Positions 1 through 7,359 of a stretch of DNA of 13,579 nucleotides are shown here, one piece after another; the stretch's first letter is position 1, and each line of letters opens with the position of its first letter. Source of the stretch: an uncultured Candidatus Poseidoniales archaeon (GTDB lineage: Archaea; Thermoplasmatota; Poseidoniia; Poseidoniales; Thalassarchaeaceae); assembly GCA_964645485.1 (NCBI GenBank), contig CAZXZO010000035.1:1-13579 (forward strand), given 5' to 3'. Position numbers and translations under genes: made by a program. The notes below the pieces were generated by a model. It was not told the DNA's origin. It saw nothing but the letters and a program-made list of their open reading frames with translations, and ran no database searches.

Positions 1-2
1 GG

Positions 3-500
3 AAACAGAATTTTATTCGCAAGAACAGATTATTGTACAGCAATAATAGAAAGTTTATTGATAAATGGTTAAAGAAATGGAGAGTTTTGGAAGTCAATGA
101 AGGTGGAAAACCATTTATCCCAGTTAGCAGAACAAAATATGAATGGCAAGCAGGACCAAAAAGTCGGACTAATTGGGAAAATATCTTCCAATTCCGACCA
201 TCTGGTATCCGAGTCAAGCGAGGCGACTATTTTCCTGCATTAGTAGCAATAGCACAAATCCCAGTAGTTGGTTGGCTGAAAAGACACATCACTCCAAGAG
301 AGTGTGCCAGAATTCAAGATTTTGATGTTGATGGAGTTCATGGTGAACCCTTTGTTCTCGGAGATTCAGATCAACAAGCCTACAAGCAACTTGGGAACGC
401 GGTCAACGTCAGTATGATTCATCTGATTCAAGAAAGAATTGACATTTATCTTGCTGGAATAAAGGATACCACTGAGAACACTATTCAGGCTACTGTGTAA
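3..500 (+). CDS. DNA (cytosine-5)-methyltransferase, C-terminal part (5'-truncated by the window edge)
   Basis: Frame is open from the window edge (KQNFIRKNRLLYSN...), so the TTG at 33 is not the true start. HITPRECARIQDF and AYKQLGNAVNV match C5-MTase motifs IX and X. Stop TAA at 498-500. Confidence 0.9.
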   Translation, partial: KQNFIRKNRLLYSNNRKFIDKWLKKWRVLEVNEGGKPFIPVSRTKYEWQAGPKSRTNWENIFQFRPSGIRVKRGDYFPALVAIAQIPVVGWLKRHITPRECARIQDFDVDGVHGEPFVLGDSDQQAYKQLGNAVNVSMIHLIQERIDIYLAGIKDTTENTIQATV

Positions 501-574
501 TCCATTATATATCCATTGAAATGGGTGAAAAACACACTGAATGAAGGGGTCCGACTTAGAGGATTCTGGCAGAA

Positions 575-1519
575 TCATTTGATTTTGTTGAGTTGTCGAT
601 ATTTCCGCTCTTTCAAGTCATTCTGATATCGATTACCAAATTCACTCCCGTGCTCAGCAATCCATTCTGAGAATTTGAGCACCCCAAGCGGCTCTTCATC
701 GGATGCCATCAAGCCGCGTTTCAACCCCTTAATCTCCGCTCTTGTGATTACTAAATCTTGCAAAATCACCCCCAGGAATTTTCCAAACATCCAACCAACC
801 ATTGACGGTATTGGAACTATTAGCCGGCGCAAACCCATTGATTTCGCCATTAAGCCGATGTACTCTTTGTAGCGAAAAGTCTCAGGCCCTGTAACATCAA
901 TTGTCACGTTTTCTCGCAACTCTCCCTGCTCCACCGCAACCCTAGCAACATCCTTCACGTGCACCGGTTGGATTGGATAGTTACCCATGCCAAACACCCC
1001 GAACACCGGGAATTTTCTAAGCATCCACGCAATGTTGTTGATCAGCACATTTCTCCCCCCACCAAACAATACGGTTGGTCTGAGAATTGCGAACGAGTGA
1101 CTAGACTCGTTGAGGATTTTTTCCACCGCAACCTTGCCACGAAAGTAAGTCCAATCTGGTGCTTTATCCGGATGGGCTACCGAGAAATGAATGATTCTTT
1201 CAACTCCAGCCTCGGCCGCAGCATTGAACAATTTTCTACTATTCTCAACAGCAATTCCATGGTCAAAATTTCGGCTATGATGGTTGTACCTAACCCAGTA
1301 AGTGTTGTACAGAACTTCTGCTCCTCGTAATGATTCAACCAATGCCTCATGGTTTTCAAAATCAATCGGATGAACCTCAACCTTACCATCAAAAGGGTCA
1401 TCCCTGCCTATCGCGTTGGTCAGAGTTCTCACACGCACACCCTTCTCAAGAAGACGATGAGCAATCCATCTTCCAGAGTAACCAAAAGCGCCGGTCACGA
1501 CATGAAGTGCCTCAGTCAT
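575..1519 (-). CDS. Atypical SDR / NAD(P)-dependent epimerase-dehydratase family protein (NDUFA9-like)
   Basis: Rossmann motif VVTGAFGYSG, YFRGK (YxxxK), RPTVLFG, QPVHVKDVA, IDVTGPE. Start moved from 1843 to ATG 1519 (MTEALHVVTG): the upstream part overlaps the next gene's Pro-rich tail, and TTTAT lies 28 nt upstream of 1519. Confidence 0.88.
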   Translation of the reverse strand: MTEALHVVTGAFGYSGRWIAHRLLEKGVRVRTLTNAIGRDDPFDGKVEVHPIDFENHEALVESLRGAEVLYNTYWVRYNHHSRNFDHGIAVENSRKLFNAAAEAGVERIIHFSVAHPDKAPDWTYFRGKVAVEKILNESSHSFAILRPTVLFGGGRNVLINNIAWMLRKFPVFGVFGMGNYPIQPVHVKDVARVAVEQGELRENVTIDVTGPETFRYKEYIGLMAKSMGLRRLIVPIPSMVGWMFGKFLGVILQDLVITRAEIKGLKRGLMASDEEPLGVLKFSEWIAEHGSEFGNRYQNDLKERKYRQLNKIK

Positions 1520-1542
1520 TGAGACTGGCTCGATATCATTGG

Positions 1543-1547
1543 ATAAA
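1543..1547 (-). promoter_or_regulatory. TATA-like box of the SDR gene (probably leaderless mRNA)
   Basis: Minus-strand ACGGCTTTATCC, with TTTAT starting 28 nt before ATG 1519. Confidence 0.5.
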
Positions 1548-1568
1548 GCCGTGATGCCATATTCCGAA

Positions 1569-4550
1569 TCAGCTGTTGTTGTCAAGCCATTCTTGCCCGT
1601 AGTAATTCCATTGTTCCTGAGTCCACCCTGCTGGCAAACCTTCTGCTGGAATTGCTGGCGGGCCTTGTTGCACAGACTCTGCCACTGATGCTGGAGGCGG
1701 TGGTGCTTCCACCACCGGTGCAGGCGCTTGGAATGCTTCCGTGGATGGAGGCGGCGAAGTATCAAACACTTGTTCAGGTGAAGGTGCAAGCCCTGGTGGA
1801 GGCGGTGCTTCAAAGGCAGCCGCTGGTGGAGGCGGAGCCGCACCCATTGGTGGAGGCGGAGCCGTCATTAATTGACCAAGTGCTTGTGGAGAATCATCAG
1901 ATTTCCTACGCACAATCATAAGAGTCGACACACCAATTAAACCTGCAATCAACACAGAAATCAGAATAATCATTGGCAGATTACTTTTGACATGTCTTTC
2001 AGCATCATGAGGATAATAATCAGCCGCATCAGACCAACCATCCCCATCAGAGTCAACACATCCAAGTCTGTCTTTTGTCGAGGTGCCGGCTATTTCTGGA
2101 CAATCATCAGAAAGATTTGTCCCAGTTTGGTCAGAGTAATTATCCCCATCAACATCTGTCCACAGTAATTTGTGATTTGGATACGCATCTCCCGCATCAG
2201 ACCACCCATCACCGTCACTATCTACACAACCTAATCGGTCTAGAGTTGAGTTACCCCATATGTTCACACAATCGTCTGGAGTTGTCGCTGGCGCTAAATT
2301 GTCACCATATCCATCATCATCTGAATCCAACCATTGGGTCGGGTCGTATTCGAAGTCATCTCCTTCGTCAGACCACCCATCATCGTCTGAATCAAGGCAG
2401 CCGAGCCTATCCTCTGTGCTGGTACCATAATCTGTTGGACAAATGTCAGCCATATTTGCGGGTGCAGGATTATCACCATAACCATCGAAGTCAGAATCAT
2501 TCCACTGTGAGTCCTCACCGGGGAACGCATCAGCACCGTCATCCGTTGTCCAAACTGTTGAAGGATTGGAGTATCCATCTTCATCAAAATCAATGCAGCC
2601 TAGCCTGTCAATGGTTGAATATCCCTCTTGCAAAGGACACCAATCACCATCTGTGCCGTCAATATTGTCACCATAACCATCCTCGTCACTATCACGCCAT
2701 TGCGTTTGGTCTGTAGGATAGTCATCCTCTATGTCTGCCCAAGAATCTCCATCCCCGTCTGGGCAACCTTTGTTTTCACCTGAAGTCGCTGTACCAACCA
2801 AGTTGGAGCAACCATCCTCTGAGTCGCTGAATCCATCATCGTCATCATCGGTGTCTTCACCGTTGTCTTCGCAACCATCGCGGTCAGCGTCGTTTGAAGG
2901 TGATGAAGAGAATGAAAGAGGACTTGTGGGGCAGCGGTCAAATTGCGGCCAACCTACCACGCATCCTGGTTTGGCAGTTGCGCCGTCACAGATGAAATCA
3001 TCATCATCATCGAGGTCTTCTGATGCATCACGACAACCATCTGAGTCATAATCAGTTGAAGATGAATCACTAATCCATCCCAACTCTCCCTTTGCGCAAT
3101 CATCCATTCCATCACTGAGTCCATCGTTGTCATCATCAAGGTCTTCTGGACGGTCATCTTTGCAGCCGTCTCCATCATAATCAGTCACAGGGGTTGAAGT
3201 CCAACCTGTTTCCCCAAATGGGCAATCATCAGCATCTGTCGCATCAGACAGAATACCATCGTTGTCATCATCAGGGTCACAGACATCACCCATCGAATCG
3301 CCGTCATGGTTCTCCTGACCCGGATTTGCAATATCTGGACAGTTGTCAAGGCTATCACGAGTACCATCAGAATCAGTGTCCGGGAATGGATCTATTCTAA
3401 CCACTCTATTCAACGCTGCATCAACATACCACAATTTGTCATTAGGCCCGACTTCAAGACCCATTATTGAATTCGCATTGGTGTCAACTGTTTGCATCAA
3501 TGTTGCACTTTTACCATCTGTTGCTAAGTCAAAAGCACTAATTTTTCCATTTGAGTTTTGGGAAACAAAGAGAGTATCACCATGAAGGGCTATTCCTGAG
3601 GGAGATGAAAGACTAGTTGCAAGTACACCCCATTCAACATCTCTAATCTCGCTGTATTCTGCTAGTACAGAGTCCATCTGTGTACTAGAACCCATGATAT
3701 TTGTTGAAGTGGTAGTTGTGTCATCTGTATTGACCCAAAGAACTCGACCTGCACCTGTATCAGAGATATAGAGAATCCCATTAGCCTTGTCTAAAATCAT
3801 GTGCCCGGGAATATTTGCATTTCTAGTTGGTGTGATTTCCACATATCTGTGCACAACACCATCATCGTGGTCCTCCCCACCAGTATCATGGTCGTTATTG
3901 AAATCATAATACACTAACTCTTCATAATATCCGTCGTTGTACCAGTAAGCATTTCCAGAATCGTGTGCAATACCCACCCCATTAGGACTCTCATGTAGCA
4001 TGTCAAGGTGGCTACCCAAAGCCCCGCCTTGTTGCTGATTCTCCATGGCAAAGTGAGATAGCGAACCTGGCCACAATGCTGGCCCCATGAAATTATTTGG
4101 TGCTGCTTGACCATTGTAGGTGTTCCGAGTTTCCTGAGCAGTAGCAAAAATGTAATCAAATTCAGAATGAGATTGACCAAAAGCAAGGGCTGAAACCTCT
4201 TCCATGAAATGGTATCCATAAGCATCTTGCCTATTCTGGCTTGACTGGCTTGATAGCCCTGCATTTGAGATGATAGTAATACTATCAGTAGCCTGATTTA
4301 CAACCCATAATTCGTTCTGTCGCGCTGTATTTGGGTGGAACTCAAGATCCCGCGGGACATCTAATTGACTGCTTGCAGAAGCAATGATTGTCTCATCAAA
4401 ACCCGCTCCAAACTGTTCAACATATGTGTGTGAACTACGAGTGTCTACTTCTGCAATAGTAGTTGGTACTAATAACACCAAAATACTTGAAAACAACATC
4501 AAGAAAGTGAAACCTGTTGCCCATCTGATAGCCCTCAAATTTGTATTCAT
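1569..4550 (-). CDS. Secreted, membrane-anchored protein: signal peptide, beta-propeller-like domain, thrombospondin type 3-like Ca-binding repeats, TM helix, Pro-rich tail
   Basis: Hydrophobic N-terminus ending TTIA-E. NHL-like blades (PRDLEFHP, LYISDTGAGRV, PSGIALHG, GLEVGP). Many DxDxDG/C repeats. TM segment LPMIILISVLIAGLIGVSTLMIV followed by RRK. PPPP runs. C-terminal GLPAGWTQEQWNYYGQEWL. Confidence 0.9.
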   Translation of the reverse strand: MNTNLRAIRWATGFTFLMLFSSILVLLVPTTIAEVDTRSSHTYVEQFGAGFDETIIASASSQLDVPRDLEFHPNTARQNELWVVNQATDSITIISNAGLSSQSSQNRQDAYGYHFMEEVSALAFGQSHSEFDYIFATAQETRNTYNGQAAPNNFMGPALWPGSLSHFAMENQQQGGALGSHLDMLHESPNGVGIAHDSGNAYWYNDGYYEELVYYDFNNDHDTGGEDHDDGVVHRYVEITPTRNANIPGHMILDKANGILYISDTGAGRVLWVNTDDTTTTSTNIMGSSTQMDSVLAEYSEIRDVEWGVLATSLSSPSGIALHGDTLFVSQNSNGKISAFDLATDGKSATLMQTVDTNANSIMGLEVGPNDKLWYVDAALNRVVRIDPFPDTDSDGTRDSLDNCPDIANPGQENHDGDSMGDVCDPDDDNDGILSDATDADDCPFGETGWTSTPVTDYDGDGCKDDRPEDLDDDNDGLSDGMDDCAKGELGWISDSSSTDYDSDGCRDASEDLDDDDDFICDGATAKPGCVVGWPQFDRCPTSPLSFSSSPSNDADRDGCEDNGEDTDDDDDGFSDSEDGCSNLVGTATSGENKGCPDGDGDSWADIEDDYPTDQTQWRDSDEDGYGDNIDGTDGDWCPLQEGYSTIDRLGCIDFDEDGYSNPSTVWTTDDGADAFPGEDSQWNDSDFDGYGDNPAPANMADICPTDYGTSTEDRLGCLDSDDDGWSDEGDDFEYDPTQWLDSDDDGYGDNLAPATTPDDCVNIWGNSTLDRLGCVDSDGDGWSDAGDAYPNHKLLWTDVDGDNYSDQTGTNLSDDCPEIAGTSTKDRLGCVDSDGDGWSDAADYYPHDAERHVKSNLPMIILISVLIAGLIGVSTLMIVRRKSDDSPQALGQLMTAPPPPMGAAPPPPAAAFEAPPPPGLAPSPEQVFDTSPPPSTEAFQAPAPVVEAPPPPASVAESVQQGPPAIPAEGLPAGWTQEQWNYYGQEWLDNNS
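1996..3389 (-). repeat. Coding TSP3-like Asp/Cys-rich repeats
   Basis: Repeated units such as DRLGCxDSDGDGWSD..D.(F/Y)P.D..QW.D.D.DGYGDN. Homologous nucleotide points at 2026, 2194 and 2365 give 168 and 171 nt periods (56-57 aa). Confidence 0.85.
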
Positions 4551-4624
4551 ATATCCACCGCACCCCCCACCCCTTTATTGTGACTATGTATATTAGAATC
4601 AATGCTAGATGGAGGTGAAATTTT

Positions 4625-4720
4625 GTGATTGTTTTGGGAATGAAGCGATATGTGAGAACCTTCTCTCACACTCCAGAGCAAACAGCACCCTCGGCGGGCA
4701 TGAATCTAGAGGCGGGATAA
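4625..4720 (+). CDS. Possible 31-codon upstream ORF, in frame with and abutting uppS
   Basis: GGAGGTGA at 4611-4618, then 6 nt, then GTG 4625. Reads MIVLGMKRYVRTFSHTPEQTAPSAGMNLEAG with TAA 4718-4720 directly followed by the uppS ATG. Confidence 0.3.
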   Translation: MIVLGMKRYVRTFSHTPEQTAPSAGMNLEAG

Positions 4721-5590
4721 ATGGGGCGAATTGGGAGAGGAATAGACGCCACCGCGAAGTGGCTCCTCAAGTGGCGAATAATTCGCGGTCCAGCCCGCTT
4801 AATCGCCAACTCAAGATACGCTTACAGTTTCATCACACGCACGGACCGAGTCAGAACAAATCGCTTACGTGACCGCTTAAAACGCGGCACGGTTCCCGAG
4901 CACGTTTCAATCATTATGGATGGAAACCGACGCTTTGCGTGGTCACGGGACATGGAAAAAGAAGTGGGGCATAAACATGGCAAGGAGAAACTCAAGGAAG
5001 TGATGGACTGGGTGTTGGACCTTGGAATACCCTACCTTACTGTCTACGCACTTTCCACAGAGAATGTCACCGGTCGGGAAGGGGAAGAACTAGACTCTCT
5101 CTATGCCCTATATATTGCAGGGTTTGAGGAGATTCGCTCCGACCCTAAAATTCACCAGCGCGGTGTGAGGGTACAGGCTGTTGGCCGCATTGATTTGTTG
5201 CCTGAGGATGTTCAAGCGGCCATCAAAAGGGCTGAAGATGATACCAAAAATTATGACAAATTTCTCTTCACTGTCTGTCTTGCTTATGGCGGGCGTGAAG
5301 AGATTGTGGATGCTGTCAGAGAAGTTGCACGGGAGCATGCTGAAGGTGAGTTGAGCCTTGAGAATATTGACACAGAAGCGATTTCAAGCCGACTTTACAC
5401 AGCCGATTTACCCGACCCAGATTTAGTCATAAGAACAAGTGGAGAGGAACGGATTTCTAACTTTTTGTTGTGGCAAATCGCCTACTCAGAACTACATTTC
5501 ACCGATGTTCACTGGCCTTCATTTAGCCGCCAAGATTTGTATGAAGCGATAGATTCCTACCAGAAGCGCAAGCGCCGATTTGGAGGCTAA
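4721..5590 (+). CDS. uppS: cis-prenyltransferase (polyprenyl/undecaprenyl diphosphate synthase)
   Basis: HVSIIMDGNRRFA, LTVYALSTEN, CLAYGGREEI, DPDLVIRTSGEERISNFLLWQIAYSEL and RKRRFGG are the conserved cis-IPPS motifs. Confidence 0.97.
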   Translation: MGRIGRGIDATAKWLLKWRIIRGPARLIANSRYAYSFITRTDRVRTNRLRDRLKRGTVPEHVSIIMDGNRRFAWSRDMEKEVGHKHGKEKLKEVMDWVLDLGIPYLTVYALSTENVTGREGEELDSLYALYIAGFEEIRSDPKIHQRGVRVQAVGRIDLLPEDVQAAIKRAEDDTKNYDKFLFTVCLAYGGREEIVDAVREVAREHAEGELSLENIDTEAISSRLYTADLPDPDLVIRTSGEERISNFLLWQIAYSELHFTDVHWPSFSRQDLYEAIDSYQKRKRRFGG

Positions 5591-5609
5591 ACCTGTGATT
5601 TTGAGTCTC

Positions 5610-6737
5610 TCACTTTTTCAGCATTCGCCGGAATTTTGATGGCTTTACGCGGCGGGATTTGCTTTTCACTACCTTTTTTCTTGAAGGTCTAGGTCTTGAG
5701 AGAATACTTCTATTATACCATGGAAAGTGTCTTCTTGATTTTCGTTTCTTCGAATTTGGTTTCACTGACCTATATCTCGGTCTGTAGTTGCCTCTAATTT
5801 TGTTTTTTCGATTCTTAATTCTGGTCTTCCAACCCTTTTTAGCAGCGATGCTGTGTCTTTTCGATTGCCCGAACCAACCTGGACCGCGTCCTTTTCTGGT
5901 TGTTCTCTTTCTCATACTTCTAACCCTATATTTCCTCCCATCTTTCCATTCGAATAAACTACCTTCCCATCCCACCATTTTCCGAATATGGCGGAGTACC
6001 TTTGAGCCAGGTTTGCTCCTGACATGAATTCTACGACGGTCGCGCCTAGTGGTGTATTCAAAGAACCTATCAATAGCCTCATTCTGTCCTTTGTCAATTA
6101 AGGTTGAAATCTCTGAGCCGACAAAATGCTTCCTGGCACTCCGTGGTGCATCCTCCCCGAATTTGCCAGAATTTTGAAGTTGAATGTGATGTCGTGCACG
6201 AGGTTGTTCTGTGAATCGTTTTCGATCTTTGAACATCGCTTTTGAAGTCGCTTTTTGATTTGTGAATGCAGTCTTAGATTGACGTACTTTCCTTGTGATA
6301 TACCAATAATTTGGTTCATTCACATCAGACCAGTGATACGGATTGTAACGTGCAATTGTTTCTGCCTCTGTCATCGCCTCATCAAGATCTCGGTCAGCTC
6401 GAGAGTTGGGGAGGTCACGTAAAACCCCCCTACGACTTTTGTCAAATCTTCGCAGGTGATGAGTCAACTCATGTACTAAAATGGCAGGCTTGCGGTCTGT
6501 TGGATACGACTTGCTTAGTTCAATAGAACTTCGGCCGTCCTCAACCTCCCATGTCCCCGCAAGACCTGCTTCTAATTGCTTAGATTCTATCTTGAGACCA
6601 CGCATAGTTCTGCGTTCAGATTCCGAGAAGTTTCTTTTAATCATTCCATTAATTCGTCCAATTTGGTTCTTGGTAAAGCCAATGAACCGGATACCTTGAC
6701 GCCTAATCGTGGACCCATCCTTTCTATTCTTTGCCAT
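5610..6737 (-). CDS. Hypothetical zincin-like metalloprotease with a highly basic C-terminal region
   Basis: 375-aa ORF. ILVHELTHH (HExxH, residues 89-93, nt 6473-6459) plus downstream DEAMTEAE (candidate third ligand E120). SD-like GGAG at 6751-6748. Hand count about 105 K+R of 375. Confidence 0.75.
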   Translation of the reverse strand: MAKNRKDGSTIRRQGIRFIGFTKNQIGRINGMIKRNFSESERRTMRGLKIESKQLEAGLAGTWEVEDGRSSIELSKSYPTDRKPAILVHELTHHLRRFDKSRRGVLRDLPNSRADRDLDEAMTEAETIARYNPYHWSDVNEPNYWYITRKVRQSKTAFTNQKATSKAMFKDRKRFTEQPRARHHIQLQNSGKFGEDAPRSARKHFVGSEISTLIDKGQNEAIDRFFEYTTRRDRRRIHVRSKPGSKVLRHIRKMVGWEGSLFEWKDGRKYRVRSMRKRTTRKGRGPGWFGQSKRHSIAAKKGWKTRIKNRKNKIRGNYRPRYRSVKPNSKKRKSRRHFPWYNRSILSRPRPSRKKVVKSKSRRVKPSKFRRMLKK

Positions 6738-7227
6738 TTTACTAATTCTCCTGTTTTCTTATTGCATTATTAATTATAAGAGGGGTTTCAGATTTCTTGG
6801 TGATGTATGGTTTCTTATTGAGGAATTTCTCCGCACTCATCTCCAGAAAAGTTACCCCGAAGAGCCAATCTGTTATACGATTGAGCGAGATGGAATTCTC
6901 TTTGGCACTAAATTCCCGACAGATGATATGCCTCCTATCTCCGAAATTCATCATCTTGACTTCATCGGTGGCGAGGAACCCATCAGATTCGCTGTTGATG
7001 GTGTGCTTCAGACTGAAAAGATGGAACACTGCCCTAGGTGCGGGAATGCATTTGAGTACAGTGACACGCTTTGGGTAGAAGAATTGGAATATCCTCCGCC
7101 CCAATATGAACGGCCTTACCCGCCTAATGTTAAATTGACGAAGTTCCACCAATGCTGGGATTGTTATTCTGGAATTATCACACAATATGATACCACAATG
7201 AGAGGCGGTCCACTCGGACCTCGATAA
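6709..7227 (+). CDS. Hypothetical protein with CPRC...CWDC zinc-binding pair; start uncertain (first in-frame ATG is 6928)
   Basis: 172-codon open frame, acidic, with two CxxC motifs 39 residues apart. The GTG at 6709 overlaps the start of the divergent gene and is doubtful. Confidence 0.5.
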   Translation: MDPSFLFFAILLILLFSYCIINYKRGFRFLGDVWFLIEEFLRTHLQKSYPEEPICYTIERDGILFGTKFPTDDMPPISEIHHLDFIGGEEPIRFAVDGVLQTEKMEHCPRCGNAFEYSDTLWVEELEYPPPQYERPYPPNVKLTKFHQCWDCYSGIITQYDTTMRGGPLGPR

Positions 7228-7359
7228 TTTCATTCTCATTTTATTATTGGGACCGCGATTACATCTGCTATACTGCAATCTCCTCCTAAATTCGGGCACC
7301 CCACATTTACCGGACAAAGGGTATCTGAGCAATTCTTCCCAAGTCATTTGATACCACAT
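6742..7359 (-). CDS. Alternative or overlapping hypothetical ORF (205 aa), antiparallel and in register with 6709-7227
   Basis: ATG 7359 lies about 30 nt downstream of a minus-strand TTTATAT (7391-7385). Its TAG ends 4 nt before the zincin ATG, and its last codons contain that gene's SD. No recognisable motif, so it may be a shadow ORF. Confidence 0.25.
   Translation of the reverse strand: MWYQMTWEELLRYPLSGKCGVPEFRRRLQYSRCNRGPNNKMRMKLSRSEWTASHCGIILCDNSRITIPALVELRQFNIRRVRPFILGRRIFQFFYPKRVTVLKCIPAPRAVFHLFSLKHTINSESDGFLATDEVKMMNFGDRRHIICREFSAKENSISLNRITDWLFGVTFLEMSAEKFLNKKPYITKKSETPLIINNAIRKQEN
6768..6779. promoter_or_regulatory. AT-rich bidirectional TATA-like element (TATTAATTATAA)
   Basis: Palindromic TTATAA at 6774-6779 lies between the zincin start (42 nt away, minus strand) and plus-strand ATG 6803 (29 nt away). 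Confidence 0.45.

Noticed and set aside
513-524. Small palindrome CCATT-GA-AATGG after the methyltransferase stop
   Set aside because: A 5-bp arm is too short to distinguish from chance.
1520-1843. N-terminal 108-codon extension of the SDR ORF in the ORF track
   Set aside because: It overlaps the Pro-rich tail of the upstream same-strand gene in another frame. The Rossmann motif and TATA spacing point to ATG 1519.
1620-1870. Repeated ggtggaggcgg units resembling a short repeat array
   Set aside because: They encode the polyproline linker of the 993-aa protein. Spacing is irregular, with no repeat-spacer structure, so this is not CRISPR.
2075-3585. Several 60-213 aa ORFs on both strands (His- or Ser-rich)
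   Set aside because: Frame shadows of the Asp-rich repeat coding sequence.
4609-4872. 87-aa plus-strand ORF with CDC
   Set aside because: It overlaps uppS out of frame for about 150 nt and has no recognisable features.
6797-7078. 93-aa plus-strand ORF near the TATA-predicted start
   Set aside because: No motif, and it is nested in the CxxC-containing frame. Kept only as part of the frameshift question.
7207-7220. Hairpin GGTCC-ACTC-GGACC at the end of the CxxC ORF
   Set aside because: A 5-bp stem inside coding sequence with no supporting context.
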